A stretch of 64,000 nt of DNA, from positions 1,269,683-1,333,682 of the forward strand of contig NMRA01000009.1 in NCBI GenBank assembly GCA_002633005.1, read 5' to 3'. The stretch is from Phoronis australis. Lineage: Eukaryota > Animalia > Phoronida. The position numbers were made by a program, and so were the translations under genes. The notes under the pieces were generated by a model. That model did not search any database. It saw only the letters and a program-made list of their open reading frames with translations, and was not told the DNA's origin. Position 1 is the stretch's first letter, and the number at the start of each line of letters is the position of its first letter. Of this stretch, positions 1 to 12,900 are shown one piece after another.

Positions 1-147
1 TAAACTCTCACACTTGTAAGTTTAGTGGATAACCCTAAAATGAAAATGAACCCTGCACAAATAAAACTTCTCCATTATAGATATGACCAACAATTACGAA
101 TTAAAAGAAGATAGATGTGTGGGTGCATAAAATCTAGTGACTTGATA

Positions 148-1371
148 CAAAAAAAGCAACGCGGAGCGTTGAAATGCGCCCACAAATGCATTGCAAAAGG
201 TGTGCTTTTAGGGTTATTTATTTTATCATAAAAATAGCCACTAGATGGCGCAAAAACATACAATCCATCCAAAAACAGGAACATGCAGTATTTCATAAAA
301 ATCTGTCAAGGAACTTCAGAGAAACAAAGGAAAACAGAATAAAATGAAATTGCCACTAGCGGGCACAGTGTCCGTTGGATCTGCCTTTGAAGATTCCGAG
401 TTAAACGTAAAAAACTAAAATTGTCTCTAGGGGGCACAGCAGTAGTCAGATATGTCCCAAAGTCGTGGTCATCCGTAGTCAAAATCATATAAATACACTT
501 CCTAAATTAAGTAAAGATCCTGCGAACGGAGATAAAGACGTTTGGTTGATGGAGGGGTGGACGCAAAAAAACAGACTTGAAAACAGTAAAAATGGCCACT
601 AGGTGGCGCAAACTACATCAAATCCATCCGAAAACAGAAGGATAGCGTCATGTCACTAATAGGTGCCTACATATTAAATTTCATGAAAATACGTAAAGCA
701 CTTTTGAAGATACAAAGGAAAACGTAAAAAAAATTGCCACTAGGGGGCACACCGGTAGTCGGATCCATCCAAAAGTCGTCGTCATTTGTTGTTAACATCA
801 TATAAACGCACTTACTATATTTCGTAAAGATCCTGCGAACAGTTTAGGAGATACAGCCATAGGCGGAAAAAAATCAAAACTGCCACTAGGTAGCACAACA
901 GTACTCGAAATCGTCGGAAAATCATAGTCAACCGTCCTCTTTATAGTAAGCACATACATGCCAATTTTCACAACCATCCTTAGAGCAGTTTAGTTGATAG
1001 AGGGGTGGACGCAAAAAACAGACTCGAAAACAGTAAAAATGGCCACCAGGTGGCGTAAAATACGTCGAATCCATCCGAAAACGGGAGGATAGCGTCATCT
1101 CACTAATAGGTGCCTACATATCAAATTTCAAGAAAATCCGTTCAGGACTTTTGAAGATACAAAGGTAAGCGTAAACAACTAAAATTGCCACTAGGGGGCA
1201 CATCGGTAGTCGGATCCGTCCGAAAGTTCGCTCATGCCGTCCCATTCATAAATGGAACATATGTGCCAAATTTCATGTACGTATGTTAAAGGGTTTTGGA
1301 GTTAGAGCAGCGGACGCCGGACGGATGGAGATGACGGCATAATGCGTCCACATATAAATATGTGGGCGCAT
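148..1371 (-). mobile_element. Non-autonomous Helentron-like element (HINE/DINE-1 type), complete
   Basis: Palindrome CAACGC-GGA-GCGTTG (157-171) plus subTIR ATGCGCCCACA (174-184) at one end. Hairpin ATGCGTCCACATAT-AA-ATATGTGGGCGCAT (1342-1371) plus a CGGA/GGAC microsatellite at the other. Internal ~150-bp tandem subunits. Confidence 0.8.
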
Positions 1372-1477
1372 AAAAAAGCAACAAGGTCACTAAATAATAC
1401 CAAAACCAAAAGGCTCTTCTCATAAATTCAAGCATTCATTACTACATACAGTAACGGAGTCATTAAAACTTAAATGT

Positions 1478-2178
1478 AAACAAGAGCACCGCAGTACACT
1501 GAAATGCCCCCACAAATGCACCGCAAACTGTACTTCAAAGGTTGTTTGTGTCCTACAAATGGCCACTTAATATGGCGCACAAACGCTTAATCCATCCGAA
1601 AATGAGAAAATGCCATCGCTTCTTTTATAGAAAGCTATTTACCAAATTTCATAAAAATCTGTCAAGGAACTTCAAAGAAACAAAAGAAAACAGGAAAAAA
1701 TGAAATTGCCACGAGGAGGCACAGCATTTGTTGGATCCGCCTGAAAGTCGTCGTCATCGTCTGTTGTAAGCTTCATATAAATACACTTACTAAATTTAAT
1801 GAAGATCCTGCTGTGGATTTAGCAGATACAGCTATGGGCGCGAAACAAAACTAAACTACCACTAGGTAGTAAGTCGTCATCCTCAACCGTCCTCTTCACA
1901 CTGAGAACATAATATGCCAATTTTCAAAACCATCCTTCATGGCTTGATTGATAGAGGGGTGGACGCCAAAAAACAGAATCGAAAACAAATGGCTACTAGG
2001 TGGTGCAAAATACCTCGATTCCGTCCGAAGACAATAGGATAGTGTCACTTCACCAATGGATGCCTATATTCCAAATTTTATTAAATCTCATTTTGTTGAA
2101 GACCTTTGAAGATACAGAGGTAAACATAAAACTAAAATTGCCACTAGGGGGCACACCAGTATTCAGATCCGTCTGGAG
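1478..2178 (-). mobile_element. Truncated HINE of the same family
   Basis: Starts aacaagagc...atgcccccaca and carries the same subunits; lacks the far terminus. Confidence 0.75.
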
Positions 2179-3523
2179 GTCAACTTGTCAAATCCAGAAT
2201 ATTGTGCAGTTTAATGCTTTTTTGTCACTACCCAAGCTGCAGACAGACTTGAGAACTGAACTGCCTAACAGGCACAACGTCAAATTTTTTTCCGGCTATC
2301 ATTATTCGCGTTACTCCCTGCTGTTCATCTATATCGGGAATTACGATAGTTGCAATGCATCTATGCACCAACCATTAGAGTAAAACCATGCTTGATACTC
2401 CACATAATGGTCATCTCGTGTTATCAATTGCTTTTTGAATATTCTCAACTTTTGGGATGGTTAGCTAAGCAGTTTGAGCTAATATTTCTTTATTATTCCG
2501 AATATTTGGACTATTTGGTCCAGTACAGGTGACTCTAGCAAAACATGATTTTAATTCAAGTTAAAATCTAGGGATTAGGAATTGTGCTGTCAAAAACTGG
2601 GTCATAGAATAATGTTTTGAGTGAGCAATGTTAGTGTCTTTTTCGAGACCAATGCAGCCACCTGTGTCCACAGCATATTGCGCACCTTTTCAAAGTACAC
2701 TTACGTGTGCTTATAACACAAAGTTTGGTACATGTACCCGTATATGAAAAACACTACCGTAAGTAAACCTGGACCTATATACATACATATGCAGTAATTA
2801 AGGGTTCCACCATTTCATATTAGCAGAATTTTAACACTGCACCAAACACATTCCACATGATCAAGCCACTCCATAAAGAAATTTTGATTTTGAAGCAAAC
2901 TTAGGGGCTTCAGCCAGGCTGGCCACAAAGCAAGGTAATTAGGTCTGGTCAGTCAGTGGAACACAGTAGTGGATAGGCAAATCAGCTGAATTGAATTACA
3001 GCTATCTCCCACAAAACTTTTGTGAGGAAAAACCTCTACACTACAGAAATTTTTTATGAGGAATTCCAATGTTAGCTCTTTTTCTGTGCACAAAAAGGCA
3101 ACTCTTATCTTAAAGTACAACAAAGTGTAATCAAGTAAAATTTTCTGACTGTCCAGAATTGCCTGCCTGCAACTCCGGACAGTCCATCACGACATTATAA
3201 TGCTATGCAATTATAACAGTCACCATTTTAGGTATTCCACATTACTGATGTAAGTTCTTCATGACTCAAGACACCCATTAGGGCCTGTTTATAAACACTA
3301 TTCATGGACATGGTGTAGGAGGTGGCCAAGTTGTTAAAACATACATTAAACAACTGTGTTCTCAAAGCTAGCCCCCCATCTTTAGCGGGCTATGCAGTCT
3401 CAAGCTCTGCATTTTCTAGGGTCTCTGGTTTCTAAGGTTTACAGTTTCTAAGTCAATTTTGAGACACTTCACATAGTAGTGATGGAGAAGATTATTTTAC
3501 CCAATCTAAACCAATATACCAAC

Positions 3524-3910
3524 CTGTCAGGAAGTAGCTTCTCTGTCCATTCAACTGTGCACCCAAGAGTGTTGTGAGATTGTAACAGTTCAGTTGGCAA
3601 AGGAACGCTAGAGCTGTGGAGGCGATACGAGATGACAAACTCATTTTTTTGTTCATCAAACAAAACGTCAGTAGTAACAGCATGTCCAACCCAACAAACG
3701 TTCTGGATATTTTCATTTAGAATACCTATTGAAGGCAGTGTTTCACACATTCTTGTCCCAGTGTAGTGAAAGCAAAGGTAGTCACCAGCAACAGCATGTT
3801 TTTGAACGAGTGGTAGGTCTTTATTGCTTGGAACCCCAGAAGCTTCTTTCACCCGGGTTGGAACAAAATGTATGCTTCGACTGGCACAAAACTCTGCATT
3901 TAGGACAAAC
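3524..3910 (-). CDS. HELZ2: HELZ2-like exon after the RNB domain (RFVLNAEF...GDYLCF...WVGH...CTVEWTEKLLPDR)
   Basis: ttgcag acceptor at 3911-3912 and GT donor at 3522-3523. The 387-nt phase 2-2 exon joins in frame to the 9355 donor (CG|G = Arg). Confidence 0.8.
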
Positions 3911-6900
3911 CTGCAAGTAAAATTACAGCTGCAGAAGCGTAATCGACTTACTTGTCTAACACATGAATGATACTGCAACCATCGGTTTGCAGGTATATTG
4001 GACAACTCAGAGCGCTTATCCTTTACAGTAAATATAAGCAACATTGGCTGCAAAAGGTCATGCATGCACTGTTTCATTACACACCTACGCAGTGGAATGA
4101 TTATGTCGATTAACTGGTAGGCCAATCGCAATACACCCGTTTATCAATTTAACAGTGGCAAACAAATGCTTACATAGTCCAGCTCTCTCATTGTCTAGTT
4201 TCATCTGATGAGCTCAGTAATGCAGCAATTATGTTGTAAACAGCATGCCTGACGCTAACTGTTTGTTTATCCCAAATTCCTCACCTAATAGCGAAGTTGC
4301 AACCGAATAGGTTAAACGATTGCGCATGTCCGGAAATTAGGGTGCGCAAAGGCTACTGGGATTGATTAGGGTATGTAGAATGGCCGATTGGTTTGCACGA
4401 CGTGTGATTTGTGTGCATTTAACTACGCTGCTGTATGTAATAGTGCCGCTATTCACCCTAATAAGCGCCCGTGCCCCAATAAGTGCCCCAACGCGTTTTC
4501 AGACTTCGCTAAAGTAAGCTCCCAGCCCATGAACTACATGCGAAAAATGCCTTACCTACAGTTCTAACGTCTCCAATTTATCAATTGAAAGATCCCACAG
4601 TCCTGAATTTGTAGACCACGAGCCTCACCGTTATGTCTGTATACACTTCAAACTTACGCCGCAATTCAAAATGAACGGAAAAGTTTTGCTGCACTTGTGA
4701 GGAATGTGCCCCACTACGCGGGTCTGGACTTTAAAACAGACGCAGCATACTTGTACATGTGAAAACCGTGAATTGAAGACTAATGAAAAAACTCGACCAG
4801 TGTTAGCACGCGGCCAGAAGCGCGAGCTGCATAATGTACCGGCTCTCATCAAAGACATTTAGTCGGGAACTATCTATTCATGAAGCGGGTAACATAGCAT
4901 CCGCAAGAAATAAATATTGGCACTAATTTCCGAAAGTTTCTAATACCGTAAAAAAACTTTTACATCACCTTTAAGAGAAATTATTTAACTAATCATAATT
5001 GGTGTTTTTAAAGTCAAAATGACCCACGGATAATGAACACATTCGCACCCTCACACCCCGTATCTTCAGGAAAATAGCTGTTACGCTACGGTCACGCATT
5101 CACTCACCCGGCGACTCAATGAGTGACATATCGGTCTTACCGAAACAATTCTCGAACGTTTTTTACCAGATGAGGCCAGCAAGTGCTAAGCTAAATATTA
5201 GAACACGCTCTGCTTGACTGCTTGAGTTAATTTCTTTGAATACAATGCACGCCTAGATCATTACATCGCATTTACTCTGGCAAATGAACTCTGATGACAA
5301 GCACAGGCACGCTTAATCTCACACACACGCATACAAACTTCAAAACAAACGTCACGTGACAACATGTGTGTTTCTCCAGAGATTTTTCTCGTGTTGCGGG
5401 CTACAATCTAGCGCAAATTTGGACTTAATCTGCAGTTAATCCAGACTCCACAAGAACTTAAAAATCTTAGAGACGCTATATGGAAAACTTGAGGAGGATT
5501 TCAGGTAATTTGTTGAGTCAAAGCTGTATTTTTATTCAAGAATTCAAGCCCTATCGACGATTGCGAGACCGGCAGCTACGCATTTGTCGGCGAGATTTCG
5601 CCCTGGGATTTCAGCCCCATTTTTTGAAAAATGATCGTAATTTAACAATGAATTTTGATAGCAATGCACCACAATTTTGTAGACAGTAAATAATAATATT
5701 CTGCACGCTTTATCTTAGCGCGTTAATGCATATAGTGTGCGTACGTTAAGTGAGTCAACCCAGAACAGGTGATTGTGCAGATGGGCATTATCCTCAAAAT
5801 TGCTCTCATGTTAGCTTGGCTCTGGTCATGCGAAAACAAGACAGTTTTTTTTCACTACCATCCGCCGTGGAGTATTTGTTACTGTTTCTTTCAAGAGAAA
5901 TATCGTTGGGCAGTTTCCAAGATACGTTTTCTTGCCGCGCTGCATACTTTATGCTACGACGTCGGAAAGAATTGACAAAGTCGGCCTTTGCTACCAGCTC
6001 TACCGATGTGTCTGATCCATGTTTAACGCAATTCTTGATCCTTGGGAAACAGGTAGTAACTAAATTCTTTATCTCGCTATCTGGTATTATAGCAGCCAGG
6101 CACACAACATGTATAACCTCCCTGTGGCCGGTTCGCCCCCACGCTTGCCGACATACTTGTTACCGGCTTTAAACCACAATGCAACATTCTGACCCATTTC
6201 CAATATGGCGGCGTTGCAACTCCGCTATTCTCACTCAAATTGTACAAGTCCAAATTCTCACTCAGAAATTCCCAGTAGATTCTCCCAATTTTTACACCAT
6301 GCACTGAATAAAGCACACTCCTTAAAATTCTCACTGGATTCTCACTTGAATTTCTCATTCAAGTGGTATGTATAGTGAGAATATCAATAGAATCTCATTG
6401 GAATCCAGTGACATTTCATTCTTTTTCATATTTTCATACAGGAGGGGACTACATACAAACATAGTGCTGCATCATGTCTGAAATTTTTTGCACCATATTT
6501 GGAAATCTTGAGTCATGCATGAAAAGGACGTCATATTTAAAATTCCTATGCCATATCAGAATAGCCATTGTTCCACTACAAGACAAATGATTAAAATAAT
6601 GTCACAGAGCGGCACTTATTTTTATTATTTTCCACTGAAAATGATAGTGACCCACCCGGCAAGTGAAAATCATGTTTAACTTACAGTTGCTCTTGTGAAT
6701 GAACAGAAAGGATATTAAGACACTGGAACATGACATAAAATTTGCATCAAGTTTGAATATTTGCTAAGGAAGAGGTAGAAGTAACACTGGAATGGTAGTG
6801 AGGAGGGGTGGCCGTCAACAGAAATTTTTGGAATTTAGGCACACCAGAATTTTCGTGAATTATGATGTACTTTCGACTCCTTGCGGATTCAGTGTCAATT

Positions 6901-9900
6901 CATAGATGAATCCTCTAGTCACTTCATTTGTATCACTGGGACATACTAAAGCTCTAGACACCTTGAAAGCAATCAAGTCTAGATCAGGCTATTTATAGTC
7001 ATTAACTCCTTTAGTATGTCCAAATTATGCAAGTAAAGTGACTAAAATGTGACTAAACTAAGCCAACTTGACTTAGTTTTTGGCATTACTTACGTGTAAA
7101 GCGGTTTCATGTGGTCCCAAATTTATCTATTAAGTAACACTCTGATAATTTCTAAATAGATTCACTTGAGTTGAACAATCTACTTAGCGCTGTGCTACAA
7201 AACCAAGTGATCTGTTTACGAGGGGAACTTGGACGCAGGTGTATATATGTCAAATTAGGTTGTTTTGCCGTTTCAAAACGAGTATGGTGAAATAGCGGAG
7301 TAATGCAACCGAATCAATTTAACGATTGCACATATCCGGAAATTAGTGCGCGCAAAGCCTACTGGGGTTGACAGATGTATCAGGAATGGCCGATTGATGT
7401 ACACGATGGGCGATTTGTGTGCAGCAAACTACGCTGTTGTCTGTAATTCTGCTGGTAATTGCCATAATAAGAGCCCATACCCCTATAGGCGGTCCCCGGG
7501 CCAGGCGTTTCAGACTTCGCTAAAATAAGCGCTCGACCCATGAACGTGTACATGTGAAAAATGCCTTACCCACAGTTCTAAAATTCTACAGTAACATCTC
7601 CAATTTATCAATAATATCCGACAGTCCTGAAAAATTTTAATTTGTACACCAAAAGCCTCGCTGTTACGTCAATATTTAGCCATGACTTACACTTCAAACT
7701 TTTGTCGCAATTCAAAACGAACACATTGTCAAGTTTTGCTGCTCTTGCAAGGAATGTGTCCCACAATGGTCTGGACTTTCAAAATAGATGCAGCGTACTT
7801 GTCAGCGGGATTGTATTGTATCTTTCCCGTATAGATTTCCCTCAACAGGAATCCACATTTCTTTGTACATGTGAAAACCGCGAATTAGAAACTAATAAAA
7901 AAACCTTGACCAGTGTTAAAAGCGCGTGCGCTACATACATGTATCGTCTATTATCGAAGATATTTAGTAGGGAACTATCTATTCATGACACAGGTAACAT
8001 AGCATCGGCAAGATATAAATATTGGCACTAATTTCCAAAAATTTATTATACCATAAAAAAACTTTTGCATTATTTAAAAGAAAAATTATTTAATTAATCA
8101 CAATTGGTGTTATTAAGTCAAAAGGACCTACTGATAGTGAACACTTTTGCACCCTTACACCCTGAATCCCCCAGAAAATAACAGCTACACTCTCATGCAT
8201 CCAGTCACTCTGCTCTACTGCTCGAGTTAATTTCTTTGGTTACAATGCACACATAGATCTTTACACTGTGTTTACACTGTGTTTACTCTGGCACATGAAC
8301 TCTGATGACACGCATACGCTCGCTTACTTTCACACAAGCATAGACGCACTTTAAAACAAATGTCACGTGACAACAACATGGATGTTCTTCCAGATTTTTC
8401 TCGTGTCGCGGGTTACGATCTAGCGCAGATTTGGATTTAATCTGCGGTTAATCCAGACTCCACTCGTGATTTTGCTTCCAGCTGTACCAATGTTTCAGAC
8501 CCATTTTTACACAGTTCTTGACCCTTGGGAAACGGGTAGTAACTAAATTCTTTATTCTCCCTTATATACATTGCCATTATAGCAGCCAGGCACACAACAC
8601 GTATAACCTCCCAGTGGCCGCTTCGCCCACACGCTTGCGGACATACTTGTTTACTGAATGATACCATTATAACCACAATGCAATATTCTGACTCATTTCC
8701 AATATGGCAGCGTTGCAACTCCACTATTGGGTACTTAGATGGTTTGTGTACAACTAATTTATATACTTATTAACTTTGAAAATGTTTCACATTAAAATTT
8801 GCTTCAGCCAGTTGCCCTCAAAGTTTTGTCTAATTTTTGAAAGGGCTATGCTTTAAACAATCAACCCACAAAACCACATACAAAGGAGGGTCGCGAACTT
8901 TTGATATTGATTACTTTTTTATGACACAAATTATGCGATTTGCCTCTACTCCAATGCCTTAAGCTTTGGAATGTTGCTCTCCACACACATTCCTACAGAG
9001 TTGCATCATCACAAATTTTGATGCCAAAACAATTTTTTCTCAAGACACCTAGATATTGATATTTTGAAGAGTTTGCAAACAATGATGCTTTTTGTTATTT
9101 CAGTGATTAGTTCCACTAGCAGAATAGGTCTAATTATCCTATTTATTGCCAATAGAGCCTATATGAAACTGTGATAAAATATGTCTGGTATAGTTGCACT
9201 TAGAAAAGTTTCACTTTGCTTTGAGAAGTGCACAGCATTCTCATATATTTTCTTTCTTCAATTACCCACGTCAAACATGTTGGAATTTGCGGCGATGTAA
9301 TTAAGCAAGACTGAACAGCAAAATAGAGCAAAATACAAGATTGACTCAACTTACCGTCCAGAGTCTTTATCTTCCCACAGGAGCGGAACATTGTGAATAA
9401 CGACACTTTCTCCATTGTCCATGGCAGAATGAACAGCTTGCATATCAAGAACTTCTTTCCAGGCACAGGGATATCGGCCTTCGTCGTAATTAGGCAATGA
9501 TGCCTTGGATTTTGACAAAACTGAGAAACACTCGACAGGATTTGACTTGTGTTCAACACAGACGTCGATGGTTGGAGTTAGGTTTACCAGCTGAACACCA
9601 GGAGTTAAAAGTCCTCTTTTCATTTCTGCCATCAGCTGAACCTTCAAGACCTTACCAGAGTAAAATTCTTCAGAAAAGCTGCAAAAATGCCTACTCTGAC
9701 ATTCAGCACCAGTTGTTTCTGAGGTTATGTCTTCCCTAGTATGAGAGGATACCTGGGATGTAATGCGCCCTATATCCCTTTTGAGTGTTGCAGCATCATT
9801 ATTCTTCAGTGACCTCAACATCATCTTCCACAAATGTCCAGGAATAGCAACAACATAAGGGTCATTATCCACCTTAAGCACGTTGTGTAATGGGAGTTTT

Positions 9901-12900
9901 TGTGACTGTAACCATAACTTACGCTCATTCTCATCACTTCCAAAAGGAGCTCGAAAGTCATAAACCCTCATTTTCCAATCCACCTTCAATACTTTTTCCT
10001 CATTCATTTCAGGGCGTCGACAAGGGTTCATGTCATTCAGTTTGACTTCATTTTTGCAGGTGTCCAACTGTTCAGACAAGAAGTGCAACTTGAGAGCTCC
10101 AGCTGACAAGGACTCAATCACAGGAAAAGCCACAAGAGGTGTTCTTTTCAAACAGTGGGCAAGCCAAATAGCTCTACACAATCTCTCATACTGATTTGAT
10201 TTAGCACTTACATAAGTACAGTGCTGACAAATCTGTGAGATATATTTTCTTGGCATTTGTGGAGGCATTGAATTGATCATAATGGACTTCAGCATTCGAT
10301 GTACAACAATATCAATGTATCTTCTAATTGGAGATGTAAAGTGGGTATAAACATCAAATCCAAGAGATTGGTGGCCTTGCTCAGTGGATTCACTTGAACA
10401 TCTATACACGGCTCTTTCTTGTAATCTATGCCACTGCTTTTGGGCTACAGAAATATCGGGCTGATAATCAATATTCAGCAATATTGACCTTGCCTTTTCG
10501 AGGTTATCCTTTGTAAGTTCCAGCATAGCCTCACACCACTTTTCCTTTAATATGTACATCGGTTTGTCTGGAAGCTGATCTACACCTTCAGAGGAGAGAT
10601 TTTCAACAATACTTGACAAAAGGAAAGAGTTGCCAGCATGACTTTGGTTGTTGTTCAGCCAAGATTTATGAAGCTCATCATCAATGCTGTCCTGACATCG
10701 AAGAGGTGTAGAATTTGGAAATTGATCCACCAAGATTTTTGCAACCTCCCTATTGGCAGCAATCATGAATTCCTCAATCATAGAATGTGATTTTGGAAAA
10801 TCATCTGTCTGAGACTGATAGAACTCGTCACCTCGTCTTCTTATGGCCCTTTTCATTGCAAGACCATGGAGTATTTGAATTCTGACAACAGCATCAAGGT
10901 CAACATGCACAGGCACAACATTTTCAATAACGTTTTCAGCATCTTTGTAAGATAGCTTACAATTTGATCTAATGACGGCCAAAGCTGGATGAAATACTTC
11001 CCAAATGTGTCCTTCTTTGTCAATTTGAAAAAACATTGACAATGTAAGCCTTTCTTGATCTGGAAGAAGGCTGCAGAGGTTGGAACTCAAGTCGTGAGGA
11101 ATCATTGGAATGGGACTTCGATTTTCAGGGTAATAGGAGGTACCCCGTGACAAAGCTTCTTTGTCCAGGGCCGAATTCTGTGACACAAAGTGAGACACGT
11201 CTGCAATGTGGACTCCTACCTTAAAGTATTCACCATCCTTCTCCACAGATAGAGCATCATCGAGGTCTTGAGAACCCTCCGGGTCAACTGTAAATGTGTA
11301 CAGATCACGATAGTCTTCCCTACTATCAAGTATTGACTGGTCAATAGCAAATCCTTCATATATAGCCAACTCATGACGACTATCTTGAGAGAACATTTCA
11401 CTAAGCTGGTGCTCTTTGTTCAGTATTTCTAGATCCTGATCATAACTGCATCCACTTTGTAGCCTTTCAACGACTATTCCCAGTGGAAATAGGTAACCAG
11501 GTTCCCACTTCAAAATCTGAACCACCAATAAGTCCTTTGTGCTGTCAATTTTGTCAATAAAAACAGTTTCTGTATGTTCTTCAATGCAGCCACGTTCATT
11601 TAAAGAGAAAACAGAAATTGCTCCCTTACTTCCTTTCTTCTGCTTTAATAGATTTATGCAGGGTGCTCGTTTATTGATAGGCAGTGCTACACCTGGATTT
11701 TCAGAATTAACTCTACAGACAAAAGAACGAGACTTCAACTCCTGAACTCTTCTGATTACTTTGGTAACATGGCATGTTACACCATTTTCATGCACTTCCA
11801 CCTGCACCTCATCCCCATCGAAAGCCTGGCCACAGCTCTTCCTACTCAAAATCTTGTACTGACGATTAGAATCCATGACTTTGGCATAGGACTCATCAGG
11901 CGCACGGATTTCTAATTTGCATATTGGGCCTCCTGGTACACTGCTCTCTATCAAATTGCTCTCGTTGACACTGCAATTTGATTCTTCACTTACAAAGGCA
12001 AATCCCCAGCTATCAAATTGCACATTTGTTGGTTGTTGACTAACAGCACTTACAGCTGGGACACTTCGTTGGGATTGGTCCCATTGAGCCAACTGCTGTA
12101 TGATAAGATCAGGTTCAATGACATAACTAGGGTCCCAGCTGCTCTGTCGTTTGCATCCTTTCTGCAATAAAGGCTTCACATCTGACTCTTCGATTACATT
12201 ACCTGCTGTCAGACGGTTTTGCAAACGATACTGATCAACGGACTCTTTGATACTTTTCAAAGTTAGTGGGACAAGTGATTTTTCCTGCTCACAATGATTC
12301 AAATAATTTTGCCAAATTTTGTTGCAGTGACCAATCAAGCAAAGAGCCACTGGATCTCCTACTACAGCCACCATTGACTTTGCCCTAGTGAAGGCTGTGT
12401 TGAGCATCTTTTCATCGGAAAGAAACCCATAATCCTTATCTGTTTCTACAGTTGTGTTCCTTGTTCTTACAGTGCTTATGATCATAGCTTTGAATTCTTT
12501 GCCTAGAATAGAGCCAAGGAGAAATATATTGAGTAACATGGAAGAGGAACAGAAAATTTATAAAAAAATGATAAATAACCACTTTTCTACTACACCATTA
12601 ACAAGAGTTGGTAAAAACATATTAAACACTTCTTTGCTGAAATATTGGAGAAATTAACTAACAGTTTCAAGGACATTTGCTTGTTTAACTTCTGTAACTT
12701 GAAGCAAAACTATCACGCTTGAAAGTGAAAAGTCTACATGTACAACAACTAATTCTACAATATTGTCCTGTACAAGGATTAAATTTGTTACTTAACTAGA
12801 ACCATTTGAATGACTTCAGTTGTAACAACTTTTATGTTCGTGATGAACAGGTTATTGCAAACTCACAGGCTTAACCTCCCACACCAACTTCATGCAATTT

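Noticed and set aside
148-2178. Recurring motif with intervening sequence resembling a CRISPR array
   Set aside because: The intervening segments are homologous to each other, there are no cas genes, the context is eukaryotic, and HINE termini explain the structure.
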